A stretch of 63,661 bases of DNA from a virus (Duplodnaviria > Caudoviricetes). The notes under the pieces are model-generated. The model saw only the letters and a list, made by a program, of their open reading frames with translations, made no database searches and had not been told where the DNA came from. The DNA is taken from IMG/VR virus record IMGVR_UViG_3300048851_000168, positions 1 through 63,661 of that record; one strand, 5' to 3'. A program made the position numbers and the translations under genes. This document shows positions 18,846 to 27,512 of the stretch, one piece after another (within the stretch, counting starts at the first letter, position 1; every line of letters begins with the position of its first letter).

Positions 18846-19911
18846 TGTTGCTTCCAGCGATGGGCGCCCAGGACGCGATCTCGACCTTCTGGTCGTCGGT
18901 CAAGGTTTCCCTGGTTTGGATGGTGGCGATCAAGTCGTTGACCGTTTTCTTTCCGCTTTCGATGGTGGCTTTCCAGCCGGCTTTCTTCTTCTCGAAAGCT
19001 TCGGCGGTGCAAACGGGAAGCGCGGCACCGGCAGCGGAACTGCCGGCGGTCGGCTTTCCGTCCATGTCGGCCTTGTTTTGCATGACGCCCTGCCACGTCG
19101 CTTCGCCGTCCCGGATGGCGCCGTAGATGCCCCGAAGGTTGACGATCTGCGCAGGAGAGCATTTGCCGAGGTCATGGCCGAGGTAGCCAGTCAGGTCCGT
19201 GGCGGAGACACCGATATCCGCGAAGGCATCGACGATCTTTCGGCGCTCGGCGTCCGGATCCTTCGCGGCTTCATCAAGGCGGATATGCTTGATGATGTCT
19301 TCCGCCTCATCGCACAGATCGCCCGGAATGATCCGCAGGCCCAGCGTCCGGATGGCCTTGGAGATCAACGCGCCTCGCTTGTTCAGGATGTCGTCGTCGG
19401 TCCCCGGGACGGTATAGACGTTTCGGTTGTAGCTGTTCTTGCGGACGCTGATATACGTGCCGTCGCTCGCAGGCTTACTCCGCTCCACCGTCTTGGATAC
19501 TCGTACATCGAGCGGGTACGTAATGTTCGCTTCGAGGTCGGTGACCGACACACGGTGTATTTCCTTCGCATCGTCCTCGAAAATCATCGTCGTTTCGATC
19601 AGGACGTTTTTCATGCACCGCAGGGCTACTTCGACGAATCGAATGCCTAAACCCTCGACGCCGTCACCTATGGGCTTGATGTAATAGGCGCTTTTATTAT
19701 TGGCGAAGGTGGGGCGCCGGCATTCCTTGAGCAGTTCCTGGCGTACGGCGTCCCACTGGCGCGGGTTACGCATCGCCATGACGTACCGCGATTCGACCAT
19801 CGCCTTGGATTGGGCTGCTATCGCGGTGGATGCTGTTTCCACCAACGCATAGGTATGGGTTTGGTCATTGAAGCCTTGCTGGACCGCAAGGGCTCCTTGG
19901 TGGTCGGACAT
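18832..19911 (-). CDS. Hypothetical protein, probable recombination (strand-annealing) partner of YqaJ
   Basis: Long coupled ORF directly upstream of the exonuclease; function inferred from position. Confidence 0.6.
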   Translation of the reverse strand: MSDHQGALAVQQGFNDQTHTYALVETASTAIAAQSKAMVESRYVMAMRNPRQWDAVRQELLKECRRPTFANNKSAYYIKPIGDGVEGLGIRFVEVALRCMKNVLIETTMIFEDDAKEIHRVSVTDLEANITYPLDVRVSKTVERSKPASDGTYISVRKNSYNRNVYTVPGTDDDILNKRGALISKAIRTLGLRIIPGDLCDEAEDIIKHIRLDEAAKDPDAERRKIVDAFADIGVSATDLTGYLGHDLGKCSPAQIVNLRGIYGAIRDGEATWQGVMQNKADMDGKPTAGSSAAGAALPVCTAEAFEKKKAGWKATIESGKKTVNDLIATIQTRETLTDDQKVEIASWAPIAGSNNGNS

Positions 19912-19998
19912 GGTGCTTCCTTGAATGTTGAATTAGGGGGCGGCCAGAGATATTCAGTACCCAGGTGCAGTTCGTCTTGGTCACGAGCGTCGCGACGG

Positions 19999-20196
19999 TC
20001 AGAACCCCGCGAAGACGGCAAGCCACAAAACGCCGATCCACGCCGCCACCACGATGGCAGCGCCAATCCAAGCAACCGGCGGGATACGGTGGCTGTTCGG
20101 TGCCCAGTTGCCGCCCCATTCGGCCGTCCGCGGTACGCGACCGGTCCAATTCGTGCTGCTGTAGTCGGTGCCTTGCGGCCAGTTGCTGGTGTTCAT
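19999..20196 (-). CDS. Small membrane protein
   Basis: C-terminal hydrophobic helix; GGAG RBS. Confidence 0.6.
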   Translation of the reverse strand: MNTSNWPQGTDYSSTNWTGRVPRTAEWGGNWAPNSHRIPPVAWIGAAIVVAAWIGVLWLAVFAGF

Positions 20197-20480
20197 GCGA
20201 AGCTCCAGTTTTGGATGTTGGCCAGCGCGCGCTCTTCAGCCAGCACCGCAGCCTCCGATGCGAGATAGTCTCGTAGCAGCCGGTTCAGCTTCTGCTGCTC
20301 GATCGGGATGCCGATGACGGCGCCCTTGCACAGCACGCGGTAGCCGGTGACGAATTCCTCGTACGCGTCATTCGGGTCGCGGCTGACCTGGCGCTCATCC
20401 GTTTCCAGTTCCAGCGTGGCTGGCGTATTCAGGTCGTAGAAGTCGCTCTTGAATTCGAAGTCAAGGCGGTGGATGGTCAT
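20193..20480 (-). CDS. Hypothetical protein
   Basis: ATGA-coupled at both ends. Confidence 0.65.
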   Translation of the reverse strand: MTIHRLDFEFKSDFYDLNTPATLELETDERQVSRDPNDAYEEFVTGYRVLCKGAVIGIPIEQQKLNRLLRDYLASEAAVLAEERALANIQNWSFA

Positions 20481-20818
20481 GGCGCGCTCCCGGTGGCTTT
20501 CTCGATCGCGGCCAGCATGTGGTCCAAGTCGGCCTGCGCCTTGGCGGCAGTGCTGGCGTGGCCCACCTGCTTGAGAATTTCGACGGCGGCGGACAGGTTG
20601 CCGGCGCCGAGCACGGCAGCCTTCAGCAGATCCGGCGCGGCGGCCATCAGGGCGGCATTCGCCAAGCGTTCGGATTCAACCTCGCCGAGCGGGTCGACGG
20701 GCCGATAAAGGACTCTGGCAATCTTCGTCCCGCCTGCGACGATATGCACACCGCCGTTGCCGGTCTTGTTGCTACGGTTGTCCAGTACGGACCACGGGCC
20801 TTTCGTGTGCAGGCTCAT
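20477..20818 (-). CDS. Hypothetical phage protein
   Basis: HTKGPW..ANAALMAAAPDLL motif. Confidence 0.7.
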   Translation of the reverse strand: MSLHTKGPWSVLDNRSNKTGNGGVHIVAGGTKIARVLYRPVDPLGEVESERLANAALMAAAPDLLKAAVLGAGNLSAAVEILKQVGHASTAAKAQADLDHMLAAIEKATGSAP

Positions 20819-20934
20819 CGCGTAGCCCTCCAGCCATCGCGCTTCCGATCCCAGGCCGCCCAGGCATCGCCGCACTTGGCGAAGGCCAGCAGCACGCCGG
20901 CCACAATCAGGGATAAGTGCAGGGCGCCGATCAT
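20815..20934 (-). CDS. 39-aa hydrophobic peptide
   Basis: MIGALHLSLIVAGVLLAFAK; ATGA-coupled at both ends. Confidence 0.5.
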   Translation of the reverse strand: MIGALHLSLIVAGVLLAFAKCGDAWAAWDRKRDGWRATR

Positions 20935-21293
20935 TGCTTCGGCCCGATCATGATGCTATGCCCGGCCAGCTGCATGTCCACCAGCTGCTCCGCGGCGTGG
21001 ATGGTCGCGGACATGACATAGAGCGTGAACTTATCGGCGATATCGCCGTTGGTGGCGGCCGTCTTCCAGGCGTCGGCCTTCATCGCGGTCAGTACCGGAT
21101 CCCCCAGCGCCAGAATCTCGACGGCCTCGAAGGACAGCTCCGGGCCAGTGCTGTGGCCGCTGACGTACCAACCGCGCGCTGTGGCATGCTGCAGGTCAAT
21201 GATGACCTGGCCGATCAGGGCTTCGCGGATCTGGGGAGCGGTGTTATCGGACACGATGCAGTTGAAGTGCTGGGGGATGTCGAAGCGGCTCAT
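20931..21293 (-). CDS. Hypothetical protein
   Basis: TGATG coupling; GGAGG RBS. Confidence 0.65.
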   Translation of the reverse strand: MSRFDIPQHFNCIVSDNTAPQIREALIGQVIIDLQHATARGWYVSGHSTGPELSFEAVEILALGDPVLTAMKADAWKTAATNGDIADKFTLYVMSATIHAAEQLVDMQLAGHSIMIGPKQ

Positions 21294-21583
21294 CAGTTCC
21301 GCCCTCCGTCGTCAGAGACCTGCTGTTCCATCGAAGCCGCGATACGAGGCGCGTGCTGGTCGAAGGCCTTGAGCGCTTCGGCGCGGACCTGCTCGTCCAT
21401 CGCACACAGACGCGCGAGTTGGCGGTACTGCTCGAAGTCCTGAGAGAAGGCCATTTTGAGCTTTGCCTGCCGCATCGGATCAGCCACGAGCCAAGCATCG
21501 GCAAGCCGCTTCATGAACTCGGTGCCGGACTTGCGCATGGCATGTACTGCGTCAGCGTCGGTGGGAATGAGAAATTTGTGCAT
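21293..21583 (-). CDS. Hypothetical phage protein
   Basis: AGGAG RBS; F..LADAWLVADP..KLK.AF. Confidence 0.7.
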   Translation of the reverse strand: MHKFLIPTDADAVHAMRKSGTEFMKRLADAWLVADPMRQAKLKMAFSQDFEQYRQLARLCAMDEQVRAEALKAFDQHAPRIAASMEQQVSDDGGRN

Positions 21584-21722
21584 GAGAATCTCCTTTCAGC
21601 TACCAAGCCGACCACCCACAGGCCAACAACAAACAGCACGGCCAGCGGGAACCATATGCGCCGGGGGTTGAAGGCGCCGACGCGGATCAGGCACGGCATG
21701 GTGCAGTGGGCAGGCGACGTGG

Positions 21723-22205
21723 CTAGGCGCGTTCGGGGGGCGCTTCGAACTGCAAGCCGGGCTCGAAGGCGCGGCGGAAATCGGCTTCGTCGAGTCCGTT
21801 CATCGCGCAATGCGCGGCAACCACTTGATCGTAGGTTTCCGTCGCGGGGCAGATGTAAAAGGCGACGCGCGGATCGCTCTGAATGCGCCGTAGGACTGCA
21901 GCGATGGCTGATTTGGCGGCGGCAAGCGCGGTAGATTCCGGAAGGGTCGGCGTCGATTCGTCTATCTTGGTATACGGGTAGCGATTGGGATTGATCTTGA
22001 TGTATCGCTTGAAAAAGCTGCCCTTGGACTCGACGTCTAGAAACGCCGCGAAGTCCTCCGCGGTGAAGTTGGCATAGTGGTACAGCGACCCGGGTCCACC
22101 TTTGCTGAGGAAGCGGATGGCAAGGGTGTTCGTTGCGGCGTCGTGGCCAATGCTGTGCAGCTGCGACGACTCGACAGGCGTCAGCGTGATGACGGGATGC
22201 GTCAT
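21723..22205 (-). CDS. KTSC domain protein
   Basis: VESSQLHSIGHD..LAIRF..YHY..ESKGSFFKRYIK. Confidence 0.85.
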   Translation of the reverse strand: MTHPVITLTPVESSQLHSIGHDAATNTLAIRFLSKGGPGSLYHYANFTAEDFAAFLDVESKGSFFKRYIKINPNRYPYTKIDESTPTLPESTALAAAKSAIAAVLRRIQSDPRVAFYICPATETYDQVVAAHCAMNGLDEADFRRAFEPGLQFEAPPERA

Positions 22206-22239
22206 GGTGGTCCTTGGGTTGGGGGGGATGGAGGGGAGG

Positions 22240-23300
22240 GGAATCCGGCTTTGACCATGTCCGGCATGGGCCTGTGCGCGCTGTATTCAGGCTCGCGGCC
22301 GGGTACGTTTCCGGCGTCGATTGGCGGTCGACCGACTTGGTTACCCACCCGCAGCTTGCCAAGCCCAAGGTGTGAGGGGTCGCGGGGCCCAAGTCTTTAT
22401 CGCTCGTCGGGCAGCGAGCCGCGGGTAGCACAGGGGGGGAGAGCCCTTGCTTCGTTCCCGCAGTTTTGATGGTGCCGCGCGCTCTCCCTGCAGCCCCGCG
22501 AGAAGGGGGAAGCGCAGGACTGCGTCTCGGTCCAGGGCGGCAACCCCGGCGCGGATCTCCGTCAGGCTTTCACCTTCACCATCATCGAGCCGTCCGCTAC
22601 TCGCTACCGCTTGGCCTGGCCGTCGTTACCCGCCCGTTGTCCGGGGCTGTGGCGCGACGGCTGGCGGCATCCGCTTTTGCAGGCGGCTCGATGATGGCCC
22701 TGGGGCGAACCCCAGGACCGCTGATTTGCCGCCATTACGCGCTGACGGGCTCAACTGGCCCACGGCTACCGGCCGCACGGGATGGCTTACAGTTTCGGCT
22801 TCTCTGGCGCCCCTTGCGGACGCCAGGCGCCGGGGAGCGATCTCATGTTTCAGGTGCCTCATGGGCTGCTGCCATCACTGCCGCACCCGGCCCCAGGAAC
22901 CCGCATACACGGCGGTCCTTTGGGTTGCCCATGTCGGTGGGCAGATTGGTGGGCCGACACCCGGATATCCAGATGCGGCAGTGATGGCCCTGGGCACTGA
23001 CGCGGCCCAGGTTTACGGCCATTTGCCGATGGCTCGGTACTGCTCGCTATGCGGGTCTGTCCAGCCGCTCTTGACCGTCCCTCTGGACCTCGGCCGGGGT
23101 TTACAGCGGCACACCCGGCGGTATCACCATGGACGCGTGCTTCGCCTTTCGGCAGCACGCTTAAGACCCTCTCGGGGGGTATCTAGCCGGTTACGTCTCC
23201 GGCCCCGCGATCTCGCTGCGGGCGTGGGGCGAACCCTGTGCGCTCGGTTCATGTGTTGTGTGATTGCTTGGGTCCGCCCGCACTAGGCCCGCGCGGGAAG
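22240..23300 (-). ncRNA. Putative structured RNA region in the pL transcript
   Basis: No credible CDS; perfect 14-15 bp inverted repeats; GNRA/UUCG loops and G-U pairs in the minus orientation. Confidence 0.55.
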
Positions 23301-23394
23301 CAGGCTTCACACCTCACCACTGGTACAGCACCGAAAACAAACCGCTGCTCTGTGGGCACAGCACGCGAGGCAATGGCCGGGGCTGTTGGGCGGC

Positions 23395-23619
23395 TTAGTA
23401 CCCGGCTTCGCACTGGTGCAGAAATTTCTCTTCGTGGTCGTCATCGTTGCTGGCCTCGCAGGGAACGATGCTGCGCGAAACCTCGTAGGCCATTTTCGGG
23501 AAGTCATCGAACACGGCTTGCGCTTCTTCCGTCGTATCGCACTCAAACAGAGGGTGGCACGACTTAACTCCGGTTGCGGGGTACTCCAAATGCGCGATAA
23601 CAAGATAGGCGGATGTCAT
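23395..23619 (-). CDS. Small acidic hypothetical protein
   Basis: GAGG RBS before MTSAYLVIAH. Confidence 0.55.
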   Translation of the reverse strand: MTSAYLVIAHLEYPATGVKSCHPLFECDTTEEAQAVFDDFPKMAYEVSRSIVPCEASNDDDHEEKFLHQCEAGY

Positions 23620-24069
23620 TTCGATTCCCTCAGTTCTGCCCCGGCGAGCCGGGGCGATTTGATCCTTCATCTGTATGCGTCCTGTCACGGCGCATGCGGA
23701 TAAATTCCGGGGCAGGCCAGCGCGAAGGCACAGCGCTGGACCTGCCCGCACCTCCATTTGCGCAACACCCGGCTTATGCCGGCTCGCAATGGCGGTGGTT
23801 CCCGGTCTTCTCCCGGTGGTCACTGATCGATTACTCGCCATCGATCGGTTCTTGGCGCCCATCCGCCACACTGCGCGGGTACTGCGGGATCAACGCGTCT
23901 GCCAGGCTCTGCACCCGGCCGAATTTTTTCAATCTGGCATTGCTGCCACCCGGGCTTTACGGGCCATCGATTGACGCATCGACTCTTCCACGTCTAGTTG
24001 TCCGGGGCCGTGGGTCTCCCTTGTCGCAGCGCCTCACGGCGTGTACGGGACGGTTTGTGCTTCGTAGGG

Positions 24070-24079
24070 TTAAAGAGCG
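24070..24079 (-). promoter_or_regulatory. boxA antitermination element (nutL-like)
   Basis: CGCTCTTTAA on the minus strand, downstream of pL. Confidence 0.7.
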
Positions 24080-24173
24080 GTGCTGCAACCCTCTTTCGAG
24101 GGGTAAGTCATCTGCTGAAGCCCGCTGCGACGGGCTTGGACCGATGGCTTGGATAGTGCGAATCGCGTAGGTG

Positions 24174-24263
24174 CTACCAACCGATCAGGTACAGGCCAGC
24201 GATGAACAGCATGGCCAGGGGGAGCGACCAGTAGCGGAGGTTGGTGCGGAGGGCGTGGGACAT
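24174..24263 (-). CDS. 29-aa hydrophobic peptide
   Basis: MSHALRTNLRYWSLPLAMLFIAGLYLIGW, 2 nt after the upstream stop. Confidence 0.4.
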   Translation of the reverse strand: MSHALRTNLRYWSLPLAMLFIAGLYLIGW

Positions 24264-24265
24264 GG

Positions 24266-24910
24266 TTATTCGTCGTCGGACTGCTTGCAGCCCGTCACAT
24301 CACGGGCGAATACCATCCAGTGCTTCCGCAACTGTTCGGACATGGAGTCCCAGCGGGGCGCGATGTCGTCTTCGAGCACGAGGCCGTTCTCTAGCTGGAA
24401 CAGGCCGCAGTTGCTTCCTATGTCTTCGTCCGCGTAGCGCACATAGATCACGTCGCGAGGGAAGCGCTTCGACCACGCCATAAGCAGCGGCTTCGGGCAG
24501 CTCCAGGCCGTCTGAAACTCAGCAGTTCCGGCTTCGGTATCGACCTTGCTTTCGCAGGCATTCCACTTCGTACCCCATACGGCGCGGGCGAAATCCATGT
24601 TGTGCAGATGGCCGCACGTTCGATGGTTGCGCAGCATCTGGATGAACTGCTCGAAGCTTTCGTCGGAAAGCTGGGCCACGTTGGCCTTCTCGCGACTTTC
24701 ATGCTGGAGGTGCGCGATCAGCGGATGCTCGTGGACCGGGCGGCCGATTACGATTTCGGCCATTTCCTCGGCATCACGGAAGACGCCGTCATAGGTCCAT
24801 TGACCAGGGAACGGCGCGATCAGGTTGAAGTCGACTCGGCCTTCGGCATTGACGATCGCCTTGATGACTTCCGGCGTCGACCGGATCTTGTTGGTGACCC
24901 AGTTAGGCAT
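24266..24910 (-). CDS. DUF1281/YubB ferredoxin-like protein, first pL gene
   Basis: MPNWVTN, WGTKWNA, FQTAWSCP, YADED.G.NCG; AAGGAG RBS. Confidence 0.8.
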   Translation of the reverse strand: MPNWVTNKIRSTPEVIKAIVNAEGRVDFNLIAPFPGQWTYDGVFRDAEEMAEIVIGRPVHEHPLIAHLQHESREKANVAQLSDESFEQFIQMLRNHRTCGHLHNMDFARAVWGTKWNACESKVDTEAGTAEFQTAWSCPKPLLMAWSKRFPRDVIYVRYADEDIGSNCGLFQLENGLVLEDDIAPRWDSMSEQLRKHWMVFARDVTGCKQSDDE

Positions 24911-24946
24911 CCTGTTCTCCTTCGCGTCGGGTGACGCGTTGGAGAA

Positions 24947-24986
24947 ACTATAGCAACGCTACATCAAGCGTGCAATAGCAATGCTC
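24947..24986 (-). promoter_or_regulatory. pL promoter with two operators
   Basis: TTGCAC-N17-TATAGT; TAGCAACGCTA 24951-24961 and TAGCAATGCTC 24976-24986. Confidence 0.85.
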
Positions 24987-25007
24987 TAGTTTTTTGTAAC
25001 GGGCGTG

Positions 25008-25029
25008 AAAAAGCCGCCCGGAGGCGGCT
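25008..25029 (-). terminator. Intrinsic terminator of the repressor operon
   Basis: AGCCGCC-stem hairpin followed by a T run on the minus strand. Confidence 0.75.
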
Positions 25030-25047
25030 ACGCAGTCGTTGGCTTGT

Positions 25048-25662
25048 TTATCGAAGTGGCTGCCAATCCGGGTCCTCGTTCGGGCCGAAGTAGCATGTGT
25101 TCGAGGCAATCTGCTGCAGGTCAAATGGGCCGAAGGCGCGACCCTCGCCGAAGTAGATGTGGTTCACGAGCCTCTTCATGTAGTCAGGAGCCAGTTCGAC
25201 TCCCTGTATGCGATGCACTTGCGTAAAGGCGGTTTGAGGCGACTGGCCGGCGCTGCGCATGCCGCCGACAATCTCTGCGGCGCGACCCTTTGCCGAACAT
25301 TCGTCTGAGAGTTGTGTAAGAACGGTTCCTAACGTCCAGCCGCGCGCTTGCATCCTCGTCGAAAGATCATCGCGTCGATTGCATTGTGGCGAATGTCCGG
25401 AGCCGCCGGCGATTGCAACGTCACATGCTTTGGCAGCTCGAACGTACTGCGAAGCCATTGTTCGCACGTCGCCGGGCATCGGTTTCGTTCCGATGGAGTC
25501 ACCTTTGGAAGGCGAGGATTGCCTCCCCGATTCTGCCGGCGCGTTCGTGGGACCAGGGATGGTGATTGGGGGAAGCTCAATCGGGTCAGCAAGCGCCGTT
25601 GCGGCGATAGTCGCCGCGACTGCAGCGGCGAACAAGATTGCCATTCCTCTCGTCGAAGGCAT
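25048..25662 (-). CDS. Exported protein in the repressor operon
   Basis: Signal peptide ending ATALA, Pro-rich linker, four Cys. Confidence 0.7.
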   Translation of the reverse strand: MPSTRGMAILFAAAVAATIAATALADPIELPPITIPGPTNAPAESGRQSSPSKGDSIGTKPMPGDVRTMASQYVRAAKACDVAIAGGSGHSPQCNRRDDLSTRMQARGWTLGTVLTQLSDECSAKGRAAEIVGGMRSAGQSPQTAFTQVHRIQGVELAPDYMKRLVNHIYFGEGRAFGPFDLQQIASNTCYFGPNEDPDWQPLR

Positions 25663-25676
25663 GCTTTGGTCCCTGT

Positions 25677-25931
25677 TTATCGTCCCCAGGTGTCGCCCAA
25701 TTCCCTGAACATTCGGCTGAGCATTATGCAGCACCCCAGCATAAGCGTGTAGGCATCCTGCTTCGTGTTGTGCGTTTCTTGATAGGAGAGGCGCCCCGCG
25801 GGGTTTACGCTGATCCTGATTCGCGTCGCGCGGTGACGGGTGGGCTTCACAACCTTCGATGAAGGCGGTTTAGCACGCCTCGCGCTATCGATGTTCACCA
25901 CGTCGGCTGTTGGCCTTTTTGGCGCGTCCAT
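25677..25931 (-). CDS. Small hypothetical protein downstream of the repressor
   Basis: Overlaps the repressor 3' end. Confidence 0.5.
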   Translation of the reverse strand: MDAPKRPTADVVNIDSARRAKPPSSKVVKPTRHRATRIRISVNPAGRLSYQETHNTKQDAYTLMLGCCIMLSRMFRELGDTWGR

Positions 25932-26484
25932 GGTCTTCGTTCCTTTCGGCGACTTTTTCTAGCGCCCGTGTTTCAACGTCGAGAGCGGCCATGTTATCGC
26001 TTTCACGCTTCAATTCATTACCTTGAATTGCAGTCGAATCACTGTTCTTTTCATTGGAACCGTATGAGGCGAGGGTGCCGGCGACGAATCCAGTAAGGGT
26101 TTTATCTAATGCGGCGCGGTCCGCTGGGCGCAGCTTTTCAAAGTCCTCGCGGGGGACCGTAAACGGCCAGCTTTTGGCTTGGTCGACCCGATAGGACCCA
26201 GACGGCTCTTCAACGTACAGCGGGGCAGACGCCGTGACAGTGTAAGGCGCTGCGGTACGCACTTCCTGGGCAAGCCGTGGGCTGATCTCTTCGAGGCTCA
26301 CGCCGAACGCGCCGGCGTACACCTTCGCTGCGTCTAGGCTGATGGGCCGCATTGCGTTGATGTGCTGGTAGATCAGCGCCTGGCCGCCCTTGAATTGATG
26401 CTGGCGTGCGAACGCGGCGCGGTTTACGCCGGCAAAGCGCGCGCGCAGGGCAGCTGCTTCCTGTTCCATAGTCCAAATTTCCAT
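25885..26484 (-). CDS. Prophage repressor (cI-like HTH)
   Basis: HTH NRAAFAR..QALIYQHIN..YAGAFGVSLEEISPRLA; divergent from cro. Confidence 0.85.
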   Translation of the reverse strand: MEIWTMEQEAAALRARFAGVNRAAFARQHQFKGGQALIYQHINAMRPISLDAAKVYAGAFGVSLEEISPRLAQEVRTAAPYTVTASAPLYVEEPSGSYRVDQAKSWPFTVPREDFEKLRPADRAALDKTLTGFVAGTLASYGSNEKNSDSTAIQGNELKRESDNMAALDVETRALEKVAERNEDHGRAKKANSRRGEHR

Positions 26485-26485
26485 A

Positions 26486-26548
26486 TAGCAATGCTACGAA
26501 TTGCGCGCTATAGCATGGCTTGCTTTTCAGCTATAGCAACGCTATAGT
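26486..26548 (+). promoter_or_regulatory. pR promoter with three operators
   Basis: TTGCTT-N17-TATAGT; operators 26486-26496, 26511-26521 (degenerate), 26534-26544. Confidence 0.85.
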
Positions 26549-26555
26549 TAGCGCC

Positions 26556-26801
26556 ATGAACCTGTCCGACTACCTATCCAGCGGGGACGGCGCCATCGGC
26601 GCATCCGCGCTCGCGCATGCTGTTGGGGTTAGCCCAGCTCTTGTCTACCAATGGCGGACAGGGCGCCGTCCCGTGCCCATTGAGCACTGCGCTGCCATCG
26701 AGTTGGCGACCAACGGCAGGGTTTCGCGCCGTGACCTGCGCCCCGATGACTGCGAACGAATCTGGCCCGAGCTGGCCCCGAAGGAACCCGCCAATGCATG
26801 A
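26556..26801 (+). CDS. cro: Cro/YdaS-like repressor
   Basis: ALAHAVGVSPALVYQW..IELATNGRVSRRDLRPD. Confidence 0.88.
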   Translation: MNLSDYLSSGDGAIGASALAHAVGVSPALVYQWRTGRRPVPIEHCAAIELATNGRVSRRDLRPDDCERIWPELAPKEPANA

Positions 26802-26939
26802 CCCCGACCCGCGCGACGAGCGCTTGTGGATTGATTCCTTGGATGCGTAAGTACCTGTCATTGCAAAAAATTTTGCCTGATGCTCATCCTGTAATTCACG
26901 CTGTAACTCAATGATTTTTTCCTAACAACGAAGAAGAAC

Positions 26940-27320
26940 ATGCACCCCCAAACCGTACCGGTGATCCCGGTGGAAATAGGGCAAGCGACACCGGCAAAGC
27001 GCTTTTTGCCGCGGCCCAAGATTGAAGCAATCGGCTCATACCGAGAAGCCGTGCGCCTAGCCTTTGAACATCGCGCGTCACCCGGCATGACACAGCGCAC
27101 GCTCGCCGAGATATGCGATCTCTATGCGCCTCACGTCAGCAGCTACCTGCACGAAAGTGAACTCGACGAGAAAGGCAGGCCGCGTCTTGACCTGCCGGCA
27201 AAGAAGATCGCCGCGTTTCAGCGCGCCGTCGGAAATGACATCGTCGCCCAGTATTTGGCGTACCAGTGGTCGCTGAGCTTGATGGAAGAGTACATGGCCT
27301 GGAGACAGGTGGCTGCATGA
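26940..27320 (+). CDS. CII-position HTH regulator
   Basis: MTQRTLAE..HVSSYL HTH; follows cro. Confidence 0.65.
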   Translation: MHPQTVPVIPVEIGQATPAKRFLPRPKIEAIGSYREAVRLAFEHRASPGMTQRTLAEICDLYAPHVSSYLHESELDEKGRPRLDLPAKKIAAFQRAVGNDIVAQYLAYQWSLSLMEEYMAWRQVAA

Positions 27321-27511
27321 CATATGAAGAAGCCCAAGAAAGGGCGACTCTCGTGGTGCATGGAATACACGAGGGGCTCAAAGACAAGGACGACAAGGAC
27401 GCCTTTCGCGCGGCTTTGCGCGCGAGGTTGGAGACGGATGCTCAATTCAACGCCGATTGCCGGCTGTGCGGGCTGATGACCCTCGAAAGCTGGCAGGCGA
27501 CAAGGCACTGA
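27317..27511 (+). CDS. Small hypothetical protein
   Basis: ATGA-coupled. Confidence 0.55.
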   Translation: MTYEEAQERATLVVHGIHEGLKDKDDKDAFRAALRARLETDAQFNADCRLCGLMTLESWQATRH

Positions 27512-27512
27512 C

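Noticed and set aside
22215-22245. G-rich tract (possible G-quadruplex, KOPS-like site or rut site)
   Set aside because: Single low-complexity tract upstream of an RBS; no independent support
22447-23286. Long ORFs (279 aa and 172 aa on +; also 21511-22431 on -) over the non-coding region
   Set aside because: Arg/Pro/Gly-rich composition, no RBS; better explained by GC-rich structured RNA
22240-23300. Possible CRISPR array, tRNA or group I/II intron
   Set aside because: No regularly spaced identical repeats, no cloverleaf or T-loop consensus, no interrupted gene or intron termini recognised
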